Source: Batkoa obscura (lineage: Eukaryota). Taken from it: DNA of 64,000 nt. The DNA is taken from the NCBI GenBank assembly GCA_030770535.1, contig JASVEC010000020.1, positions 248,001-312,000 on the forward strand, read 5' to 3'. Both the position numbers and the translations under genes were made by a program. Shown piece after piece: positions 1-14,086 of the stretch (positions are counted from its first letter, which is position 1; every line of letters begins with the position of its first letter). The notes under the pieces were generated by a model, which did no database searches, was not told where the DNA came from, and saw nothing but the letters and a program-made list of their open reading frames with translations.

Positions 1-19
1 TTAATATATTTAAATCAAC

Positions 20-122
20 AAATGGGGACATATTTTTGTTTAAGAATTTTACTAACAGATTTTCCGTTCAAATAGTGCTTGAAGAATGGAAAAAGTGATA
101 AAGTCAAAAAACACCCTCAATT
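20..122 (+). mobile_element. MITE family 1 copy
   Basis: Matches the consensus GGGGATGTATTTT...TTAAGAATTTTACTAA...TCAAATAGCGCTTAAAA...GGAAAA...TGAA...AAAAAACATCCCC. Confidence 0.85.
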
Positions 123-543
123 ACTTTTTCAAACTTTTCAGTCCTTAAACAAACCTACCTTTTTCCAAGGCTTACATCTTCTGGAATTTGCCCACCAAAT
201 GTGATTTCCTACTCCCATATGACCCAAATCAGTTATTCTGATTTCAGTTTACTCTAGATTTTAGATCAAAATTAATATTAATTCCTAAACTACCTATTAG
301 ATAGTCCAACTCATTTCCTGCATCTTCGCCATTAACTTCTTGGATAGTTACAAAGAGTGGAAGCTATTGAATTACTATGAATTATCATTGCTATTTATTA
401 AATTTTATTACTTAATAAATTTATGTATTTAATTCAGTACCCATTTTCAAGTTTAAAAAATAAATTCGGAAAATTGCAATATGAAATTGTAAGATTAAAT
501 TTTGATAGATTTTAAACTTCTTTGTGAATTTTTTGCTTAAAAA

Positions 544-3304
544 ATGGAGCCAGAAAATAATCAAGAGTATTTGGAAAGAACAAAAGCGTTATATAGTACA
601 GTAAAATCAGTAGCACAAAGCAGTGCCAACTTCAATGACCCCAATGTACTTTTTGGTCTACAATTGGACCCAGAAGGCCTGGGCCTAAGGTTATACCAGA
701 ATGTTAACAGATTATTACAGATTAGTAATAGATTATTAGTCAACCAAGGGTTGAGCAACATCAAAAGTTTAAGTGAAGAAGATCTCTATGTTTCCAACTT
801 TGAAAAGATTGTAGAAGTTCTTGATAATAGCTATGATAGAGTGGTATTTTTATTACTATCATTATTAGTATTTGTTGATTAAATAATTTAGAATACAGAA
901 CTTGATAGCCTGAAAAAATCAAAAAAGGCCAAGTTACAGGGTGAAAAGAATGGTGATAACAGTGAAGTATCATACATTACCAATGTTGATAAGGTAATCC
1001 AATTATGAACTTAAAGACTATAACTAATTTTATTTTTTTCAACTATTAAAGGCAAATTTAGGCAATATAGAAAATAAACATCAAGATTCCTTTTCCTTAC
1101 TTGTTGGCAAAAATGTTACAAGGCCACAAACTAAATTCAACGAAAAACTATCTACCGACCAATACGCCCAATTTGTATCCTTAGTGTATAGACTTGGTAT
1201 CAAGTATCATGCCATGAAACCATTAACTAAAAGTATTTTTATATATATTTGTATTTAAGTCATTAATCATTTTTAGCTGAACTTGAACTTTGTAAAGGGA
1301 AAAAAAGTGTTGATATTGATTATACTTCAGCTTCAAAGTAAGATTTAACTCGATTTTATTTTATCTTCTATAATTATTTCTATTAGCCTTCCTAACCCTT
1401 ATGAATTTGAAATCAACAACATCTCTTACCCAGAGCATATGACCAAACCCTCAGAACCAACTATGCCAAAGTCATTACAAGAAACCAAATATAAAGTTAT
1501 AAAAGAACAAAGTGAGCTTGAAGAATTAATTAAAGAGTTAGAAAAAGAACAAATAATTGCAGTGGATCTTGAGCATCATGATTATCGTAGTTACCATGGT
1601 TTTGTTTGTTTGATGCAATTGTCAACAAGCGATTGTGACTACATCATTGACACTTTAGAATTAAGAAAAGAGCTATTTGAGCTTAATAGAATATTTGCTA
1701 ATCCTAATATTGTCAAAGTAATAGACCTATTGTTTAATTTATATTTTTAATTAATCTTGACAGGTATTCCATGGTGCTGACCAAGATATTATTTGGTTAC
1801 AAAGGGATTTTGGTATTTATGTTGTCAATATGTTTGATACTTATCATGCTTCATGTGCTTTGCAATTGGAAAAAAAGTCGCTAGCTTATTTACTTAAAAA
1901 GTATGTAAACTTTGACGCAAATAAAGCATTCCAATTAGCGGATTGGCGAGTAAGGCCGCTTCCAAAACCAATGTTAGACTATGCCAAATCCGACACTCAT
2001 TTTTTAATTTACATTTATGAAACTATGAAAAATGAATTAATTCAAGAGTCTAATGCAGTTTCATTAAACTTATTATTCCATACATTAACAAACTCACAAC
2101 AGGTTTGTTTACAAAGATTTATGACTTATCCTTACGATATGGAGCACGGCCTTAACCCAGGTAGTTGGGCAAAACAATTAGAAAAATGGATTGTACCTAT
2201 TAATTTTGCCCAAACCGAAGCTTTTAAACAGCTTCATGCTTGGCGTGATCATTTGGCAAGGGAACAAGATGAGTCGCCTAGATATATCTTACCAGGTCAT
2301 ATGCTTTATGCTTTAGCACTTAAACTCCCTAAGGATTCTGCAGAAGTTTTAGCCTGTACCAATCCTATACCACCAGCTATAAGAATGTATGCTTCTGATC
2401 TTGCCATTCTTATTACAGCCGCTTCGAATTCTTCTGAAGCCATTCCCTCCTCCTTTGTACCATCAACTAAGATTGATCGTGGACAAGTAATTAAAGAAAA
2501 AGAAGAAGAGGATCCTAACTTGTTAGCTAAAGTTGAGCTTCCGATTGCAAAGAGCTTGAAAGGAAAGACTATTAAAGAGTTATGTAAAGCAAAAGTGAAG
2601 ACAGTATTTGATTTGGATGACGACTCAAAGTTTTTTGGAGGATCTTTCTTTGTAAATATTATTTACTTGTTTTGTTTTTGTTCTTAATATAAACTTTTTA
2701 GGCTAAAGATAGAAGCCTTGAGTATGATGAACAGATAACTGAAGTTGGGTTAGCTTTAATTGATCAGATCAAAGCCAACTTAAGCTATAATGTATTGCCA
2801 CCATCAGTAGAAATTGAGGTAAGTTTGAATTGTAATAACAATTTTAAAAGTAGTAACTAACTTCAATAGGCCCAAATAGAAGACATTGAAAATGAAAGTA
2901 GTATACCAATGAAAGGAAATGAAGCTCCTGAATTACATAAATTCAATCCAAAGTTAAAAGATCAAATCAAAGTATTATCGGGTAAATCTAACTTTGGTAT
3001 TAAGCCCCATAGCATTGAAGATGCTTTAAAAAACACCCATATTGATGTTAGGAGAAAGGGTAAGAATCAAAATAAGACAGAAATCAGTACTGAGGAGAAT
3101 CAGAATACTGGCTTTGATTATTCGCAACACAGTGGAGAAATTAATGCTCTGTTTACTACGAAAGCATCTAAAGCAGTGAAGAAGGCCGCTAAGAGTGAAC
3201 CAAAAGATATAATTGATTTGGATTCAACTGAAGATAATAACATACCTAAAAACTTTAAGAAGAAAAATCGTAAACAACAGGTTAGTTCATATTCTTATAA
3301 ATAA
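544..3304 (+). CDS. RRP6: Nuclear exosome 3'-5' exonuclease Rrp6/EXOSC10 (multi-exon)
   Basis: Spliced ORFs give DEDDy/RNase D motifs AVDLEHHDYRSYHGFVCLMQLST, HGADQDIIWLQRDFG, ADWRVRPLP and YAKSDTH, then an HRDC-like segment (AWRDHLAREQDESPRYILP) and a Lys-rich C-terminus. GT-AG introns join the ORFs. Confidence 0.95.
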
Positions 3305-4110
3305 GTGTTTATGTCCACATTTATCCGCTTTTTTATTTTATTACCCTATTGTATTGTCCTTTAAATAGAATTGAATTATTATACACTACTTTTTGTTTTA
3401 ACTTTGAACTTTCATTTTCAAATAACATTATCAAACAGCGCATTTATAAAATAGGGCTAATGCTATATTTAATTTAGTCAAGAGGTTATAACCTATTATT
3501 TTGTAAGTAAATATATTATAAACTGTTCAATGTTTTATCTAAAATTGGGTTTTGATCAGTATTATTTAATTTATAAACTAGTTTTGATTAAAGATAACAA
3601 TCAACACTTTCATACTTTTGTCTTTAAATCATAAAAGATACTTGCATTTTATATTAATTTTTATACTGTCATTTATTATAATAATACTAAAATTGGCTTT
3701 TAATTAATAGAATACGGACCTCTGAATAAATAACTTGTATTTCAGTTTTAATTACTATTGCTTAAATTAGCTTAATAGATGTTATTATCATTCAATACTA
3801 ATGGATTATTTATTTACAATATAAGAAGCTTACTAAATGATTTGAAGATTTTGACTAGGGTAAAAGATTGTTAAAGTTTATTGCATTAAATATTTTGTCA
3901 GCTTTAGCATTTTAATTATCCTTGATGTGTACAAATATCAGTTTTTGTAAATATCATCAACATTTTCGAGGTAACTATCACAACTTAAGTTTTAATAAAC
4001 TAATTAACAAAAAAACAAAAACATTGATTTAAATAAGATACAACTAATTATTTAGTATATCATTAAACAAGTAGTAGATAAAATGATAAAGAAATCTCTT
4101 ATAAACATTA

Positions 4111-4505
4111 ATATGTAGGGGTGTATTTTTTCATTTAAAAATTTTATTAACAACCTTTCCATTCAAATAGCGCTTAAAAAATGGAAAAGTAATGGAATCA
4201 AAAAAAACATCTCCATATTCAATGTTCATTTTTTGATTACTAGATAATTTACCATAAATTATAGGTTTATACTATACCAAACATGTTCTATAAGACTTTA
4301 AACTAATACCATGGATGTTGTTTAAGATTATATTAGTGTATAAGAACTGTTTTCCAACACCATTTAAATGAATACTGTGTTTATACTAATGTAAGAGATA
4401 CATGAATAAAGGGTAATGTTTTTGGTTTCATACTTTTTCTATCTTTTAAGCGCTATTTAAGTGGAAAGATTGTTGATAAAATTCTTAAAAAATGCATCCA
4501 CAAAT
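4111..4505. mobile_element. Two MITE family 1 copies (4111-4218 +, 4411-4505 -)
   Basis: Consensus core caaatagcgcttaaaa or its reverse complement, with TIRs. Confidence 0.85.
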
Positions 4506-5101
4506 AATTTGAAATTGAAAATCATAGCAAGTTTTATTAAACTAATATTCTTTTGTATTTTATGCTATAAAAAACGGACAATAAGGAAGCGAAAAAACTT
4601 GTTTTTATATTTAAGCTTGAAAAATTTATTACATGAATTTTTAAATAAAAAAAGCTGTACAAATATTTCTTCAAAAATCATTTTAATAAAGTCAAAATAA
4701 ATATATTTAAATTACTATTTAAATGCTGCTCATGTCGTATTATATAAATATTCATTCGTTTTTAATTGGAAATAAGGGATTTTGCTAAATAACATAAGTT
4801 CGATAAAAAAGCATTACTAAAAAAATCATCGCTCTAACAAAATCCTTAAAAAACAATCCAATTAAAACGCTAGCCTAAAAATACAACCAATCAATTCCCC
4901 TTACGTGACCACATTCAAAATGATTTCAGTGGTTGCGTTTCAGCTAAGATTTGATGATGACAAAAGCAAGCTAAGGAAAAATGATGATGGATGCAAAAAG
5001 CCAGGATCAACGACAAACTTCTGCTAAGCGCAAGCAACCATTGATAAATTGTAAGCAGTAGTACACTGCTTTAACGAGGAGGATATTGGTAGTTAAGCAA
5101 C

Positions 5102-6381
5102 ATGGCCAACCGCGTAGCTATAGGAGAACTATACTCCTTCATTAATAAAAAGAATGGTTTGAAATATGTGGGAAATTTGATCAAGATTGACGCTAGTTTA
5201 AGAACAATCAGTTTAGGAAATGGTAAATTTATAAATAATTTGGAAAATCGTGGTACTGATGATGTGTTGTAGTATTTCATTTAGGCTCAGAAGGGAGATT
5301 AGGAGGTGGCGCCCATGAAATTCAACCAGATTTGAATGAAGTAGTGTTCATGGTTTTTCCATCTGATGAAATTTTCTATTTTTCAAGAGAAGATCCAGCT
5401 TATATCGAGGCTGCTAAAAAGAAAGTAAACGATCTTAATTTTGGTTATGTAAGAAATTTTAAAATTATTATGAAATTAAACCAAATTAAATCTTGTTTAG
5501 TCATTATTTGATGCTAAGCCTCAATCAACTTTTAGTTATGAGTCTATTCAGCAAAATAATAAACCTAATCAATATAATGCGATCCCCCAACCTGAATCTG
5601 TAATAATCTTTATATTTTAAAACTACTAATATTAATTTATTAATTTAGATTCCAGTTCAAAAAGTAGCTGAAGAAAAAGCTGAGCTTTCAGCCCCCACTT
5701 TTGTAGACCCTTCAGCACCTAGCGAACAAGCTAATACCAAACCACACTATCAAAGTAAATATTCCTTGCTTTTTGTATTAAAATATTTATTAAATATTTT
5801 TAGAATACAACCAAAATCAAAACCAAAGTCAATATCATAATCAAAACCAACATAATCAACACCAAAACCAACATAATCAACACCAAAACAATTATCAAAA
5901 CCAAAATCAGAATCGTAAACCTTATAAAGGAAATTACAACAAAAACAATGGAAATAATACTATTCCAAAAACTGATTTTGATTTTGATGCTTTCAACGCT
6001 CAGTTTAGTAAGTCGCAAATCGGAAAGTCAAGTCAAACTGATTCCGATCAAGACAATTCCAATATTGATGCCAAAGACTTTTACAATAAAAAATCATCCT
6101 TTTTTGATAACATTTCATGCGACGCTAAAGACCGATTAGATAGCAAGTAAGGATAAGATTATTTTCATTTTAAATTCATACTTAATAAAATTAGGGATAG
6201 GAGAGCTTTGGTTCAACAAGAGCGTTTTACTAATACAGAAACTTTTGGAGAAACTTTTGTACAAAGAAATCAAGGCGGAAGATATAATTATCGTGGTAAC
6301 TTTCGTGGTGGAAGAGGAAGAGGTAGGGGTGGTTATTATAATGGTCGAGGTGAAAGAAGAGGTAGCTCTAATGCACAATAA
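5102..6381 (+). CDS. SCD6: Scd6/LSM14 family decapping activator and translational repressor (multi-exon)
   Basis: N-terminal LSm fold (YVGNLIKID...ISLGN|VFHLGSEGR), Q/N-rich linker, FDF (KTDFDFDAFNAQF), FFD (YNKKSSFFDNISC) and TFG (NTETFG) motifs, C-terminal RGG box. Not captured by the ORF track. Confidence 0.9.
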
Positions 6382-6880
6382 TTTTTAATTTTCAGAAAAG
6401 GGAAGCTTTAAGTTTAAGTTGATATTCATTCATTTGCTTCCATTTCTGTTAAATATTTAATTCTTTTGATTTATGGCCCTTAAATTCAAGCTCTCTTCCC
6501 TTCGCCTTTTATAATTATTGGCTATAAATTCGTTTTAATATTTGATTTAATTTTTGTTTTTTATTTTATTATTTATATTGTATCATATCAAAAATAGTTT
6601 TATTAAACCTATAATTTGGTACTACAAAAATTCAATAAATATTGTAATGTGACAATTCATTATTAAATAATAGATAAAATGCTACAATAGTTATAAACTA
6701 AATTAACAAACTTGGTTTTTTTATTTTTATAACAAATTTTGAGCCACCCACTTTCCAAGCCTGCCAAGGAACTTTTAAAATTTAAGAAATTTAAGTTTAG
6801 AAATAACTTTAATTCAAAATAGCATCAATTTTATTTTATTTTTATTTTATTAAGTTAATAGCAAATAATTTAGAATCACT

Positions 6881-8504
6881 ATGACTTCCTTCATAGAGTT
6901 AGTAAGAGAAGGTAAATACTATTATATAATCAATAGATGAAGTTAAATCAATTTAAGGGTTTGTTGGCACTGTCAAAGCGTTTGGGAACAATGTATGGAA
7001 AATAGTGATTATGGATCCATATGCTAAAAACATATTTCATTCAGCATGCCAAGATTTTGATTTACTATCTGAAAACGTTACAGGTAAAAGCAAAAAGAAG
7101 CTTTAAAAATCAATTGATTAATCCAACTTAATAGCTATTGAACTTATAACAACCAAAAAGAATCCAGCACCGACTCAAGTAGCCATTTATTTTGTTACAC
7201 CATCTTTAAGTAATGTGGAATTAATAATAAGAGATTTTCCTGTAAAAACCCCTAAATTTAAATCAGCCAAAATTTTCTTTTTAAACGAACCAAGCTCGGA
7301 GATTACTCAATTATTAAGTTCTTCCGCTTCTTCAAACTTTTTTAAGTATAAAGTGATCCATATTACTTACTTTCCTTTTGAGTCAAAAGTTTTTAATTTT
7401 AAAAAAGAAGACTCATTTGTGAACTTATATTGCTCTTCAACAAGTAAAAGTAGAGCTGAGATTCAATTGATTGCTGAAAAGGTAAACTACATTTTTAAGC
7501 TAGCCAGTTGTATTAATAAGTTTCAAGTTAGCTTCCGTTTGTATAAGTTTAAATGAAAATCCAGTTATTCGATATCAAGCCATTGAAACTGGTTTAAATA
7601 ATCCACAAGCAATCGCTTTAGCATTACAATCGGAATTAGATAGTTATACTTCAAAACATCCAGAGTTTCCAGTAAGTTTAGTTTGCTGTTGATGATTTAA
7701 TTTATTTATAACTTTAGACCAAAGATGTGTCTTCTAGAGGTAGAGCTGTATTAATAATAACAGATAGATCAATTGATCCATTTGCTCCTATTTTACATGA
7801 ACTTACTTATCAAGCAATGGTAGCTGATTTACTTGGTTTAGAAGATGGAAAGAGATACAGGTAATACTATGTGTACAATAGAGAGAGAGATGTTGTTAAC
7901 TAATTATTAGTCATAAATATGTTAATGGCTTAGGAATTGAAGTAGAAGAAGAAGTTATACTTGATGAATCTGATCCAGTATGGAATTCATTACGACATAT
8001 GCATATTGCCGATTGTATACAAGAACTTGTAAAGCAATTTAAAGCATCTGTTAATGAAAATCCAGCAGCAGCAAACATGTTAAAAAGAGCAAAAGGAGGT
8101 AATAATGCCTCTTTACAAGAGATGAGGGATATAATTTCTTCAGTACCTGAGTTACAAGAAATCAGTAAACGATTTTCGGTTCATATGGATATTGCTGCTC
8201 GTTGTATGGATTTAATTAAAAATCAAAATTTAGATCCAGCTATTGATACAGAACAAAATATATCCATTGGATTAACTGCAGAAGGTGAACCTGTTAAAAA
8301 TATAATCGCTAACTTAGCACCTTTGCTGACTAATCCAAGTCTTAGTAGTCAAAAGAAACTAAGACTTTTATTGACTTTGACAGCTTCAAAACAAACGGAT
8401 TATGACCGTAGAAGATTAGAAACTCATGCTGGTTTATCAGATGAGGAAAAAATGTCCTTAAATAATTTTAGTTATTTATTATCAAATAAACCATTGGTAA
8501 AATA

Positions 8505-8541
<37 letters not shown>

Positions 8542-9285
8542 TCACTATTTTAGATTAAACCAAAAGAAACTTCAAGGTTTGTGAACCCATTCCGTAGGAA
8601 TGTTAAGCCAAAAGATGAGGATGAAAATCCTTATGCATTATCAAGATATACACCTCAATTTAAAAAAGTAATATTGGATCAAATATCAAAAACAATTACA
8701 CCTGAAGAATTTCCATTTGTTAAAGAAGAAGAATCCATACAAATAAAAAATCCAATAAGATCGTTAAGAGTAAATCGACCTAATTGGCAAAAGAAAGCAC
8801 ATGAGTCGAACCCCACTGCTAAAAATTCATCTAAAAAAGCACAAGCAGGACCCATTATATTATTTATGGCAGGTGGTATGTCCTATAGTGAAATACGTTC
8901 AGCTTATGAAATATCAAAAGCTTTACATCGAGATATCTTTGTTGGTACTACTAATATTGCTACACCTGCCGATTTTATTAATTGTCTAAGTGGTATGAGT
9001 TTTAAAGCAGCTAGTTTACCAACTAGTAAAAGAGATCATGGAAGAATTAGCGCAGATGGCTTACCTTCTCCTCTACCTACCCCAAGTCCTACTTCAATCC
9101 AAGCCCCTTGGAAACAAGCTTTACATTCCCAACAAAGTTCCATTGATAGTTCAAGAAGTAATTTGGAGCCTAAGAAAAGTGGTAAAACCCCACCTCCCTC
9201 ACGCAATTCTAATGAGGGTAATGCACCAAATCAACAAGCTGGTAGTAAATCATTTAATATACCTAAGTTTATGTATTTTCGATAA
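6881..9285 (+). CDS. SEC1: Sec1/Munc18 (SM) family vesicle-fusion protein (multi-exon)
   Basis: Motifs [52 protein letters not shown] and [17 protein letters not shown], with a Ser/Pro-rich C-tail as in fungal Sec1. Confidence 0.93.
8502..8539. repeat. (AAT)n microsatellite in a SEC1 intron
   Basis: About 12 tandem AAT units seen directly. Confidence 0.9.
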
Positions 9286-9384
9286 AACAATAAATGTATA
9301 AAGTTAGTTATAAAACTTTTTTAAAATTTAAGGTTGAAGTCAAGTAATGTTTTTATAAAACTTGATTGCTATTTCGAATTCAAT

Positions 9385-9490
9385 ATATAGGGATGTTCTT
9401 TTTGATTTCATCATTTTTTCCATTTTTTAAGCACTATTCGAGCAAAAGATTACTAGTAAAACTCTTAAATGAAAAAATACATCCCCATAT
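9385..9490 (-). mobile_element. MITE family 1 copy
   Basis: Full length, with ATAT on both sides. Confidence 0.88.
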
Positions 9491-9748
9491 TGTTTTTAAT
9501 TTAGCTTTATACTTAAAGGATTATTGATATTTTATTTGCAAATAATAATCAAAATAACAAAAAATAAGGACAAAATAATTAATAAAAAAATTAACTATTT
9601 ATTACAAAATCAACCCACCATAATAACTTATCCAGAAAATAGTAATTTATAAAAATTATTTAAAAATATCAAATATATAAAAGAAAAAGAAAGAAAAAGA
9701 TATTCATATTCATATCCTTATCTATAAGCAAGAGTTAAAATAATATCC

Positions 9749-9952
9749 TTAAATATAAGCTAAATCATTTTTAGCTGGTAAATTTTCGACTTGGAGTTTA
9801 TGAAGCATATTGTTTTTATTAACTTCAAAGGTACCTTTTTCAGTGGATATCTTTGGTAGCCTTTTGGAAGAAGCAGTTGTTAGTTTTCCAATAGGTAAAC
9901 TTTGAACAGTAATTATTAATAAAGAAAAAAAAGATAGAAAAGATAATTTCAT
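9749..9952 (-). CDS. Putative small secreted protein (67 aa)
   Basis: MKLSFLSFFSLLIITVQSLP resembles a signal peptide, followed by a KR dibasic site. The ORF is intronless; no homologue recognised. Confidence 0.5.
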   Translation of the reverse strand: MKLSFLSFFSLLIITVQSLPIGKLTTASSKRLPKISTEKGTFEVNKNNMLHKLQVENLPAKNDLAYI

Positions 9953-10493
9953 AATTATAACAGTTGATTTCTTGAAGAAGAAGTATCGGAAATTTAAATA
10001 AAACAAAAAATTTAAAAGTTTAGAATATTTTTATTATTCTCTTTTATACTAAAGTATTTAATATATTATTTTTTAAAACGTTTCATGTCCTTGAATAGTA
10101 TTTTGAGTGACTTCAAAACTCTTTTATTTGACTAATTTTAAGCCATTTTCTCAATTTTTTGTTTGATATTTCAAATCACATTGAAATAAAAGTTTGATTA
10201 TTTTAGAATTGAAAATTAAAATGATTATTCTTATCAATAGAATCTTAGATTATATAGCTCGGGTGTTTAATGTTAAACTTACATTATTATTTATTTACTT
10301 TAATCAAATTTGAGTAGAAACACTTTTAATTAAAATTATAAAATTATTATGAATCAAGTTTATTTTAAAACTGTTATATTAGTTACTTCAATCACTAAAT
10401 TAATATTCACTTTCATATTTTAAATCAACTTAAATTTTGCTTTATTTAATCCATTTTATTTTGATAAATGGGGTCATTCTAAAGGCAAAAGAC

Positions 10494-11253
10494 ATCTATC
10501 TTATAAAGCATTTTTTTATAGACATCATACCTTTTATGGTAATTTTCCAAGAAAAAAAGTCAAGTGGCTAATCAAAAACTTTATTTTCAATATTCTGAGA
10601 TTAAGTTTATAAGCTATAATTTAAAGATTAAGTTAATTTTTGATCAACCCCGATTAGCATATGGGACTGTTTTTTTTGGTTTCATTATTTTTCCATTTTT
10701 TAAGCGCTATTTGGGCGGAAAAATTGTAGTAAAATTCTTAAACAAAAAAACATATCCCCATATTTATTATGAATATATGAGGATGTATTTTGTTAAGGAT
10801 TTTACTAACATTTTTTCCACTCAAACAGCACTTAAAAAATAGAAAAAGCGATAAAATAAAATAAAAATACCTCCCATATATAATCAATATTAATATTATG
10901 AATTCGATTTTCCATATAGATTATCTGGGGATGTATTTCTTTGTTTAAGAATTTTACCAACAACCTTTCCACTCAAATAGCGCTTAAAAAATGGAAAAAT
11001 AATGAAACCAAAAGAAATATCCCCATCTTTACATTTTCAAAAAGGTATTGTTTCAAGAAAAGCTGGTATTAGTGTTAAAGTTAAGTTTGGGATTAGGTTA
11101 GGTTTTGGGCTTAATACTAGGTCTTTCATAAAATAAACTATTTTAATATTTAGTTCTTTGAATATTGAAAATCAAAGGTTTTAATTGGTCATTCGATTTT
11201 TTCTTGGAAATTGCCATAAAAGGTATGATATCTATAAAAAATGTTTATAGATA
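10494..11253. mobile_element. Non-autonomous element with ~105-bp imperfect terminal inverted repeats, containing three nested MITEs
   Basis: 10502-10605 (cattttttatagacatcataccttttatggtaattttccaagaaaa...ttttcaatattc) matches the reverse complement of 11149-11250. Confidence 0.75.
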
Positions 11254-11553
11254 TTATTTTAAATCAACTCTTTGAAGAAATCCAATAAAAAAGCTATAAC
11301 CCTTCCTTGTTTAAAGCTTGATCCTAACGAATTGTTATTATTTAAGAAATATAGGGGAGAAGACGAATGTAATTTATTGAGGTCTAAAAGTGAAGTTATA
11401 AAACATTCATACGGTATATATATGGGGTGATATATAAAGGTACGAGTGTTTTTTTCAGTATATGGGGATGTATTTTCGTTTTTGAATTTCACTAACAAAT
11501 TTTCCGCTCAAATAGCGCTTAAAAAATGGAAAAATAATGAAGTCAAAAATGTA
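10659..11553. mobile_element. Four MITE family 1 copies (10659-10763 -, 10775-10879 +, 10923-11028 +, 11460-11553 + truncated)
   Basis: Consensus matches. Flanks of the first three are ATAT/ATAT, ATAT/ATAT and ATCT/ATCT. Confidence 0.9.
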
Positions 11554-12508
11554 CATTATGAACTTAATACATTTAATAGCTTATCTATTGATGAAATTGA
11601 AAAACTATACACAATAATTATTAAACGGTTTAACTGTGGCGATACTCGCCAAATAAGAAAATTACCTCCTATCTAGTACCATCTGTGATAACTTGTTTAG
11701 TAAAAATAATAATTTATGGCATATGAGCTCGGAATGCGATGATTATCAACATTTTAAAGAAGTGTTACCATAGATTAAAATATATAAAAACTCTTCATAT
11801 ATACAAAAGATTACCTTATTGGCTTGAAATTAGCATCGGTACTTGATACACTTATTAAAACTTTAAACAATATTTTCGATGAGTTTATGAAATATAAATT
11901 TTTGAATGAATTTTATAAAAACCGCTATCTATAATGATAGAATTGCAATAAAATCCCGGGTAAAGTACCAAGAAATGGAAGGGAGGTAAGGACTGGTACT
12001 ATTGATATCAATGGTGAGTTTGTTACTTACATCGGCATTTAGTTGAACTAATTTTAAAAATACTCAAGTAAATTTATAGTTGTTTACTAATACATTAAAA
12101 ACCTTTAAGTATCTTTAATTTGTTGAATCTTATGATATAACAAGAAAAATAAACTAAACATTGAATTTGAAAGTACTTTTTTTTTCTTTTTTGTTAAAAC
12201 TTTTCAAGTATTATATTTTGTATTTTATAAATGTATGTCATAGCATTAATGTTGAGTTTGAATCTTAAATCTTGTAGTAATAGTAATGTGTTAAAATTGA
12301 CTTAGATTTAATATTATTGATATTAAATCCAAATTGCTTTTAAAACATCCCTAAATTAGAGGATTATTAGCTTACTTTTAATTGGCTTATCTATTTATAC
12401 ACTAGAATTATGTTTGATAAACAAAAAATATAAAATCATAAAATTAGTAATATAATTAAAGAGAATCTTTAATCTACAATTATCAAATAGAATATAAAAC
12501 TATCCAAA

Positions 12509-13980
<1,472 letters not shown>

Positions 13981-14086
13981 TTTATTATATAAAATAAAAC
14001 AATATAAATATACTTAATATTATTATATAAAATAAACATAAAATACAGATATATAAATATTGATTTTTTTATTTAATAATTAATAT

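Noticed and set aside
4461..4700. Short ORFs overlapping MITEs (4461, 10564, 11446, 44666, 59785)
   Set aside because: They are chance open frames running through the repeat consensus (e.g. QIALKKWK), with no coding signal.
11074..11109. TTAGG-like run resembling a telomeric repeat
   Set aside because: Only two near-perfect units, located inside a repeat element.
11560..12050. Coding-like tract downstream of the truncated MITE
   Set aside because: Multiple stops and no recognisable motif, so it cannot be assigned.
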